DNA of 52,316 bases, taken from Thraustochytrium aureum (lineage: Eukaryota). The position numbers were made by a program, and so were the translations under genes. The stretch lies in the NCBI GenBank assembly GCA_012862495.1, contig BLSG01000073.1, forward strand, positions 28,437 to 80,752, read 5' to 3'. Below the pieces are notes generated by a model. That model ran no database searches. It was not told the DNA's origin and saw only the letters and a list, made by a program, of their open reading frames with translations. Of the stretch, positions 38,301 through 46,467 are shown piece after piece (position 1 is the first letter of the stretch; each line of letters opens with the position of its first letter).

Positions 38301-41024
38301 ATCGTGGATTTGGCCTGCGCGTCGATCGGGAAGGCGGTCGCAGCTGTGCACAGCATCCACGACCCAGTGAGCGTTGCAGATCGCGCTAGAGAGGCCCTTG
38401 ACCAGGCCGCCGCGGACTATCGCGCTGCGAGCGCCACCGTGTCCCCGCGAGCAGGGTTTCAGCGGCTGCGGTACCTGCAAGCCACGCATACCCAGGCGTT
38501 TGCTTGGGCCCAGGTCGGCTCGCACCGAACGGCTCGTGGGCGATCGCGCACGCTGCAGCTTGCGAGCTTTGCACCGGACGAGCCCGCTGCAGGGCTCAAG
38601 GACCCGGTCTTACGTGAGGCCCGCCCGGTCGCGCTGGTTTGCGCCGAGCTTGACTTCTTCTCGCTTTGCTGCGCATGCATGAGCGACACGCTCGAGGTTG
38701 ACCGCATCGAAGGCGATGTGGCGCAGCTTTCAGCGAGCACGCCGGCGTTTCGATTTCAATTGAGCGTGCGCCTCGAGCTAGGGGAGCCAAAGCAAGACTG
38801 CGCGGGCGTCGCTGCGCGCGGGCGGGCGCTGTGCCAGCGCGCGACAATCGAAAGCGTGCTGTGCATAAGCCTTGGCGACGGGCCCGGCGCCGAGCCGCAC
38901 GTTCTGAAGGTGGACTTTTGGGACCTTCGCGTTGGCCGTCCCGAGGAACTAGCCAAGGCTGCCTGGCTCCCTCCAGTGAACGCCAAGGTGTTTGCAGAGC
39001 GCGCTTATGCATTGCTGGGGCGAGAGGGTGGACTAGTGTCGAGCATGGGCGGCGCAGGCCACGGGGCTTCGCGCTTCGAGCGCGTCTACTGGGTCGGCAA
39101 GCTCCGGGCTCCCGAGGGAGGTAGCGAGCCCCTTCTCGTCGACGCCTGGAGGGGAGGCGACGGGCCTGGCTCCGAAGCAATGCTCCGTCTCAGCGTCGAC
39201 GGCGGGACTCTGGGCTGGTTCTCGCTGGACCAGTGTGTCGACCTCGTCAGGCTGGAGCTGCAAGTTGATGAGGAGAGCGCGGAGCTGTTCGAGGCCACGT
39301 GCTCGCGCCTGGCGCAATTCGACGAGTCGCCACGGATACTCACAGCGATGCTTCAGCACCTTCGGCGACGGGTCGAGGAGGTCGGTGGAGCTCGGCGCGC
39401 GTTCGCCAAGCACACTTCAGGGGGCATTCGAGGAGACCGGGAAGGGTTTCTTCGCGTGGAGGAGCTGCGGCTGCTCCTGGAAAGCCGGTACGATGTGGGG
39501 GATTTGGTTAGGCGCGAGGCGGAGGACGAGGGCGAAGCCCTCCTGCTGCTCGACAGGTTTGTGTCCCTCTTCCCCAAGCCGCTCGACGTCGAAGCGTGGG
39601 AAGCGCTCCTTGAGAAGCCGGCCCTGGACCTCTTCGAGTGGCTGCGCGAGCTCCTCCACGCGAAAGAAGGCAGCTTCATCTATCTTCGGGCCAAGTTCCG
39701 CGCGCTGGACCCAGTGCCGCACTCTGGACTGCTGCCGCTCTCGAACGTCACCAACGTTCTCGGCGCGTACCTTGACGATGAGGGCCTCACGCCCGAGGTC
39801 CTCGCTCAGTTTTGCTGGGACGAGTTTGTTGACCATGAAAAGGTCGACCGCGACGCAAGCCTGGGCTGCGAAGAGGACATCGATCCAGAGTGCGAGTTGG
39901 GCCCAAAGCCACTCGCCTTTCCCAAGCGAAGAGCCGACCCGACTGCAGAGGAGCCGCAAATCAGCTACAACGCCTTCTTGCGCAGTATGAAGCGCCCGCA
40001 GGACCAAGGTGGGCCGGAAGATAGCGCTGGCGTGCCTGGGAGCAGGGCCGGGTCGATGTCAACTGGAACGCTGGTCTCGTCGTCCTCTGCCTCGCTGGGG
40101 TCGACGGGCGTCGGCGCTGGTGAAGGCCGGCGAGCTCGAGGAGCCCGACGAGGACGAGAAAGACGCTGGCCCTCAGTTCTCGCACGAGGAACTGGTGGCC
40201 CAGCTTGTAGACTCAGACGAGGAGGACGTTTGGGGCGCAGAGTTTATGCGCGACAAGGCCCTGCGCGGCGCTCTCGCGGAGCTCAGGTACGCGGTGTTGC
40301 AATACTCGGACCCGGAGGGCAAAGGCAAATTTGACGTGGAAAGCGCTTTTCGCGTCTTTGACCAGGACCGAACGGGCCGCATCGATTCCCGCGAGTTCAA
40401 GGCTGCCCTCCAGTCGATGGACATAGAGCGCATTCTTCCCACGGACGAGGCGCTCTCTCGGTTCGTGGAGGCCATGGACATCGACGGGGACGGCCAGATC
40501 AACTACCGAGAATTCTCGCGCCTGGCTCTCGCGAAGCGCGGCTCGGTGCCCCTGCACCTCCTCAAGTCCGGCCACCGGCTCCAGACCATCCGCTGGGAGG
40601 TGGAGGTTTTTGCGGCGATCTCGGGATTTGGGTCAAGGGCGTTGCGTCCAAGTACCGGCCCTTCGACCACGCGGTACACGTGACTCTGCGCGGGCGCGGG
40701 GAGATTGCCCCGCAAGACGTTGGCTTCCTGCAGCTCGACGACTACCCGATCCTCCTCCGCCGAAACATTTGGGGCGGCAAGCCGTGGGGCCGCGATTTGC
40801 TGTGGCGTAAGGTCTTGCGCACGCGGACGCTTCGGAACACCAAGTCCGAGCTCGCGGAGACGGTCTCTCGCGTCACGTCAAGCGCGCCCTCGACCGCGCG
40901 CTCCAGTGAGCCGCCGTCCGCCGGTCTTTCTTCCGCGCGCACGGCGACCTCGAGCGACGAAACCGGGGACGATGAGCGCGCAGTCGAGAGCGAGAGCGAT
41001 GGCGACGCCTCGGCCAGTGGATAG
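26341..41024 (+). CDS. Giant (~4,900 aa) multi-C2-domain protein with EF-hands, an ankyrin repeat, IQ motifs and two Tudor/SH3-like modules; ~8 frame breaks and one N-gap
   Basis: Abutting or overlapping ORFs 25720/28113/30581/31030/34021/36894/40009/40680 join at small indels. C2 motifs include VVVEVLSAAGLRAAD..SSDPYCLVQIG..KTSVVKASLNPVWRE, VQVLEARK..NPQWDQ and GTLAVQVIEADCL. EF loops are DQNSDGVVTLDEF, DMDDDGMLDTDEF, DLNEDGFLDRFEF, DTDGDGRASVQEF, DQDRTGRIDSREF and DIDGDGQINYREF. Ankyrin: GLTLLHFACARGDAEAVSILVELGAD. IQ: IQARARGYIVR, VQAQCRGFLVR. It could be more than one gene. Confidence 0.7.
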
Positions 41025-41080
41025 CTCGTAATAGCCCCCCCAAAGTAAGCTCCGTGTTCCATAGACCGACAACGCAACGA

Positions 41081-41290
41081 TGTACTCGAGCAGGTACTCT
41101 GCCCAGGTCGAGTACTACCTGGTATGTAGAGTACTCGAGGAGGTGCTCTAGGCTAGCTAGCTGGGTGGAGTTCTCTGCTGTAATACCTTACTGTACCGAG
41201 ACTCTACGAGTACGAGCGAGCGTACGAGAGTACGAGTACGAGCAAGCGTACGAGAGTACGCGAGTACGAGCAAGCAACTCGTAGGTACTC
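41081..41290. repeat. GTAC/TACGAG-rich low-complexity island between the giant gene's stop and the tRNA
   Basis: 13 GTAC tetramers in ~210 bp, with (TACGAG)-like units and a ~26-bp duplication at 41220-41273. Confidence 0.8.
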
Positions 41291-41310
41291 CAAGTCGAGT
41301 TCCAAGTTCC

Positions 41311-41400
41311 AAAATTGATTACAAATAAGTTATAGATCAAATAATGAATAGATCAAACAGTTCCAGTCCAACAACCAAATGGAACAACGTTCTAAATGGA
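41311..41400 (+). promoter_or_regulatory. AT-rich upstream region of the tRNA gene (possible TATA/TFIIIB-binding zone)
   Basis: Sharp AT-rich island with TTATA, ATAGATCAAA x2 and CAA motifs just 5' of the tRNA, in an otherwise GC-rich window. Confidence 0.5.
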
Positions 41401-41402
41401 GC

Positions 41403-41474
41403 TCCTCTGTAGTCCAATGGTTAGGATACCTCGCTCTCACCGAGGAGATCCGGGTTCAATTCCCGGCAGGGGAA
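41403..41474 (+). tRNA. tRNA-Glu (anticodon CTC), intronless, no encoded CCA
   Basis: Acceptor TCCTCTG/CAGGGGA; D-arm GTCC-AATGGTTA-GGAT; anticodon arm CCTCG-CTCTCAC-CGAGG (CTC at 41436-41438); T-arm CCGGG-TTCAATT-CCCGG. Confidence 0.96.
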
Positions 41475-41478
41475 CTTA

Positions 41479-41485
41479 TTTTTTT
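41479..41485 (+). terminator. RNA Pol III oligo-T terminator
   Basis: T7 run starting 5 nt after the tRNA discriminator base. Confidence 0.8.
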
Positions 41486-41603
41486 CCCAATCGCACTGTT
41501 CAGGCAATTTCCCCACGGCAGCCGCGCTCTATGGAATTCATCGCTGTTCCATTCCCCGCGGACACGTGCGGTAGAGCGGCCGCGTCAGAGAGCGCGGAAA
41601 AAG

Positions 41604-41822
41604 GCAGGCAGGCAGGCAGAGCGACAGAGCCGCAGCGCACGCCGCGGGGCGCTCGGCACGCAGGACGCGCAGGAGGCTGCTCTGCTGCTCTGCTGCTGCT
41701 GCTGCTCTGCTCTGCTGCTGCTGCTGCTGCTGGCCCTCCTTACCTGGCGCTCGCTGCGCCGTGCGCTGGCTGGCGTACACGCAGGCAGGCAGGCAGGCAA
41801 GCAGGCAGGCAGGCAGGCAGGA
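41604..41822. repeat. (GCAG)n and (CTG)n microsatellites upstream of the PX-kinase gene
   Basis: ggcaggcaggcagg at 41604-41618 and 41781-41821; ctgctgct tracts at 41677-41731. Confidence 0.85.
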
Positions 41823-42130
41823 GGACAGCCCCGCGCGCGCACGGACGGCCGCGCGGGCGACGCGAGCGCGAAAGACGACGCTGGACGGACGGGCTGCCAG
41901 AGGGCCGACTCGCAAGAGTTGCCGGTGGCCCGGCGGCGCNNNNNNNNNNNNNNNNNNNNNNNNNNNNNNNNNNNNNNNNNNNNNNNNNNNNNNNNNNNNN
42001 NNNNNNNNNNNNNNNNNNNNNNNNNNNNNNNNNNNNNNNNNNNNNNNNNNNNNNNNNNNNNNNNNNNNNNNNNNNNNNNNNNNNNNNNNNNNNNNNNNNN
42101 NNNNNNNNNNNNNNNNNNNNNNNNNNNNNN

Positions 42131-45100
42131 NATGCGCTCGCGAACCGCATTGTGCGCCTGGTTGAGGCGGCGCGGGAGGCGGGGCTAACCTCCAAGGGCG
42201 TCCTCGCGCAGCTCGGCGCGGAGCGCGAGAGCGAGGAGGGCGACATGGTGCTGGCGATGCTGAGCGCCATTTCAGTCAAGCCCTCCTCTCGGCAGCTGAA
42301 CGCGCAGGTTGTTCAGTCCAAGCCGCTCGTTCGCGTCCCCGTTGGAACGGACGCGAGCGGCGTGGTCTACCTGCATGGCGCTTACTTTTATTGCGCGGCG
42401 GTGCGCTCGTGCTGGCTCTGCGCTAGCGGGATCCAAGAGTGGCGTTTGATCGGGGGCGACTATGATGGTAGAGCCGCGGTGGCGCGGTTCCGCCAGGCAA
42501 TGGTTTTGTGCATTTGCGAGAGGTGCTTTCGCCAGGCCCTCTTTGGAGCTTGCGACGCTGAACCTGTTGGCTGCGCCGTTTTGCCGCACGGCTTCTTTTT
42601 CGGGCGCAAGAGGCCTCAGGGTGGGCCCCTCCCGGCCGAAAGCGGGAGCACAGCGAAACAAGACCTGGGCGGAACGCTCGTTCGCGGCGCACAGCCCTTC
42701 GACTCTGGGACCTTGGTCGCGACGTCGGCGGCCGAAGAGACGAGCTACTTTGACAGGCATAGGCACCAATCGCCGGACGACAGCCCCTTGGATAGAAATG
42801 GAGCGCTCTCCACGGATGCCAAGCTGATTGCGCTGCGCGACAGGGTTTTGGAAGAGACCGTTGAAGAGGTCCGAAACTTTGGAATTCGCGGAGGAACCTG
42901 GCACGATATCATCGAGAAGGTCCGCACCGCCATTCTGCCGCACGAGCTGGACAACCTCAAAGACGTCGTGCAGTGGTCGCTTCACGTTTCGTCCTCGAAA
43001 ACGCTCAAGTCGGCCAAGCCCTTGCTGCGGCGCGCGATGGTCGGTTTCGACGGGTCTGTGCAAATCCTCTTCGTTGCCAAAGAGTACATCGATCCTGGCC
43101 CACCAGAAGACGCCTCCCCTAACGCGGAGGCCCGAGACGAACGCGATTCGGTCCGCGCAGCTGCGGCGTCCGGCTTGAAATTGCCGAACAAGCCGCCGTC
43201 GGAGCCACTTTCGGACTGCGGGCTTACACGACTTTCCGCGTCGTCGTCGACGAACAAGGCCGCTTGGACGTCGGCGCGCGGTCGGACCCCGACGATTCTG
43301 ACGCGCCGCGCGCTGGCCGAGACCCAGAGATCCTGCGGCGGTACAGCGACTTTTGCTGGCTGCGTGACGAGCTGGTGGCTTGGCACGGGGACGAGGCCAT
43401 GGTACCGCCGCTGCCGCGGAAGCGATTCATCGGTAGGTTCAACGAGTCCTTCCTCGAGGCCCGTATGCACGCTCTGGAGCACTTCTTGGCGATCGTTGCG
43501 ACGCACCCTGTGCTGCACCGCGCGCAGGCCCTTCAAGTGTTTTTCAAGCGGGCGCCACTCGAGCAGGTCAAGCCCGACTATGAAGCGAAAACCTCGCTTC
43601 GCGCGACGAGGCTGAGGGACCGCCGCTCGTCCGTCGGTCGCTTGGTCGCACAGCCTGGCGCCCCCGTGGCAGGGGACGAGCAGCGGCGACTGACTGGCGC
43701 CTCGGTGGACACTGCCAGCTCGGAGGCGACGCAAGGCGACCGCGAGACTATGCCCGCTTCGGTGGGCGCGCTGCTTGGGCTGTCAGGGGCCGCCAGGGTG
43801 CAGGGTTTGCGTTTGGACCCCGAGAACGCGAGCGAGTTGAGGCGCTTGCTCTCGGCAGAGTTTCAGCGGTCGCTTCGCAAGGCTTACAAGAAGATTGAAG
43901 CCGTCGGGAACTCGCAGCTCCGCGCCGCTGAGGCCTTTGAGGCGCGCGCGCGTGCGTGCAAGTTCCTCGCAGGTGCAGAGATCCCCGAGATTGCCGCTTG
44001 AGGCCGCACATGGGGCTCCGCCGGACGTAGCGACGAGCGGCTCGAACGGCCTCAGCGATGTGCCGCTGACAGAGTCCTGCGTGCCGCCTGCTTACTGCGC
44101 AGTAGCAGTTATGGAGCTGCTCTCATCGCTCTCGCGGCTGGACATGCTCGCCGGGACGGCGACCAGGGCCACCTACATTCGCACGAGCGCGAGCAAGATG
44201 CAGCTCAAGGAATGGCACCGCTCGCTTCAGGAGTTCTCGTGCTGGTTTGAGAATCGAGCCTGCTCGGTCAAGGCTCTCGAGCGCGCTGCCGCGCACAAGC
44301 GCGAGCTCTTGCTTGACTCCAATTCCGCCGGTCAGGCTTCAAGCAGCACGCCTTTGAAGGGCGGCACGGCGAAAGCGGCCTCGAGCATCCCTGGCGGCAC
44401 TGCTGGGGACGACAACGCGTCCAGGGACGCGGGCTCACCGTCCGCCGCACGAAGCGTTGCGGAAGCCGAAGTGGTCATGGGCAAAATTCGGGACCTCGAA
44501 GAGACGATCGAGCGCACTCGGCAGGACGCCTCGCTCGAGTCGGGCTGGCTTGTCGCACGAAACAGGCAAGAGGTTGCCCAAGTGATGACCACATTCGCGC
44601 ACCTGCAAATGGAGCATGCGCGCCAGATGTCGCGGATGTGGCAGGACTTTCTGCCCCAGCTCTTGGGCTCTGTGGACGTCAAGCAACAGATTTCCTCAAA
44701 CCGCCTCCCTGCAGAGCGCGCTGGCGAGCATGCAAGGACGCGACCTGCGACCAGGGGCCCCTCAGAGCGTGCATCGGCCCCGTCACAGCAGCTAGGGGGC
44801 GGCGCAGACGGTTTCAAGTCGTTTGACCTAGACGCGGATACCGGCGGATCGAGCGCCTGGCGCCAAGAGCCGGCCAGCTCGCTGTTTGGCGAAGCCGAAG
44901 CCAGGCGCGAAGAGGACGCAGATGAACCGGGCGACCACGCCGATCCGGCTTGGGAGATCGACCCGGACGACATTGCCCTCGGAGAATGCATCGGTCGCGG
45001 CACGTTCGGCCAGGTCCACGAGGGCGTTTACCACGGCCGGCGAGTTGCAGTGAAGTCGTTTCACACGGCGAATTTGAGCGAGCAGGCGTTGCGCAGCTTT

Positions 45101-46080
45101 CGTCGCGAGGCGAGCGTGATGCGCGGCCTCCCGCCGCACCCCAACCTTATTTCGTTTTTCGGGATGTGTTCGCGACCAGGGCGCGTTTGCTTGGTGATGG
45201 ACCTCGTCGAAACAGGTTCGATGCTCGAGCTGCTCTTGGCAGGGCCAGCGCGCGCGAGGCGGGAGCGCCGCCAGCGCCGCGGGCAGCAGCGCCGCGAGCC
45301 AGGCCAGGGGGCTCCGTGGGACGCGCGATCGGAAAACCACCAGAAGCAACCCGTCGCCGGGGAGCTGCGCACGGGCGACGAATCAGCGAGCACGCCCAAT
45401 ATCACGTTCGACGCAAGCGCAAGGCGCGACCGAAGAAGGAGGGTCGAGACTGTGGAGCGATGGGGTCGGTGGACGACCCGCTCGTTGCGCTCGGACCCGA
45501 GTGGCGTCTCAACCTCGCGCTCGGTGCGGCGCGCGGCGTTCAGGTGCTGCACGAGTGCGTGCCGCAGATACTTCACCGAGACATCAAGACGAGTAACCTG
45601 CTCGTCGCCCTGCCGAGCCTCACGGTCAAGGTGTGCGACTTTGGCCTGGCTCGCTTCAAGCTCGAGAATCAGTCTGTCAAGTCGTTCGTGGGGACCGCTT
45701 CGTGGGTGGCCCCAGAGGTGATCATGTCTCGGAACGACGGCTACACGGCCAAGGCGGACGTTTACTCTTTCGCGGTGGTGTTGTGGCAAATCTACGCGCA
45801 AGCGCAACCGTACCCGAACCTTCACGCCACGCAGGTCCTCTACCAGGTTGCCCGCGAAGGTCTTCGGCCCGCGATGCCCGACGGGGTTCCGTCGGCCGTG
45901 GCGAGCTTGATTCGGCGCTGCTGGGATCGCGACCCGGCCTTGCGGCCTGGGTTTGGCGAAATCGTCCACGAGCTGGAGGCTGCGCTTGGTCCTGGCGCGG
46001 AGAAGTCTGCTTTGAGAACGCCCGCAACCGCTGCGAGCTCCAGCACCAGCACCAGCACCAACACCAGCCCGATGATGTAG
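42131..46080 (+). CDS. PX-domain + helical (BAR/Vps5-like) + TKL-group protein kinase; 5' end in or before the N-gap; frame breaks at ~43211, ~43991 and ~45420
   Basis: PX: AYTTFRV...LRRYSDFCWLRDEL..VPPLPRKRFIGRFNESFLEARMHALEHFL..HPVL. Kinase: WEIDPDDI, IGRGTFGQV, VAVK, HPNLISFFG, LHRDIKTSNLLV, KVCDFGLAR, GTASWVAPE, DVYSFAVVLW, CWDRDPALRP. TAG 46078-46080. Confidence 0.82.
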
Positions 46081-46241
46081 GTCATTAGGTCATGGTGCAA
46101 CAAGAACTCTATAGAGGCTGGCGAGGTAGAGGATCGTCAAACAAAGAAGATAGTGGTAGTATGTCGAGCAGTTGTTTCACTCGCGGCGAGCGCCCCCGCT
46201 TTGCACGGGCTCAAACAGCTCCCGCTCGCAAGAATCAAAGC

Positions 46242-46367
46242 ACGAACCACAAGAGTCTGAAGGCAAGCAATGCAAAGAAAAGACGAACCGGTTCACAAGA
46301 GTCTGAAGGCAAGCAATGCAAAGAAAAGACGAACCACACGAGTCTGAAGGCAAGCATTGAAAAAAAT
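46242..46367. repeat. ~41-bp tandem repeat x3 between convergent 3' ends
   Basis: Units start at 46242, 46283 (with a 5-bp insertion) and 46329; core ACGAACC-ACAAGAGTCTGAAGGCAAGCAATGCAAAGAAAAG. Confidence 0.9.
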
Positions 46368-46467
46368 CGATTCATAGGGCCGCCCGCCACGACTGCAAGG
46401 CAATCAGTGCGTGTCGGCATGGAGATGTGAGATGCTGGAAGTGTGAGAGTCATACGCAGGGAAAAGT

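Noticed and set aside
26341..41024. Ferlin, extended synaptotagmin or MCTP assignment
   Set aside because: I see no terminal transmembrane helix and no recognisable DysF, Fer or SMP motifs, and the EF/IQ/ankyrin content does not fit these families.
41403..41822. tRNA-derived SINE (tRNA head plus simple-repeat tail)
   Set aside because: The cloverleaf is intact and is followed immediately by a T7 terminator, and no target-site duplication is seen.
41379..41939. N-terminal parts of ORFs 41379..42188 and 41396..43615
   Set aside because: They run through the tRNA and microsatellites and are joined to real CDS only via N's.
46242..46367. CRISPR-like array
   Set aside because: The units are contiguous with no unique spacers, no cas genes are present and the context is eukaryotic.
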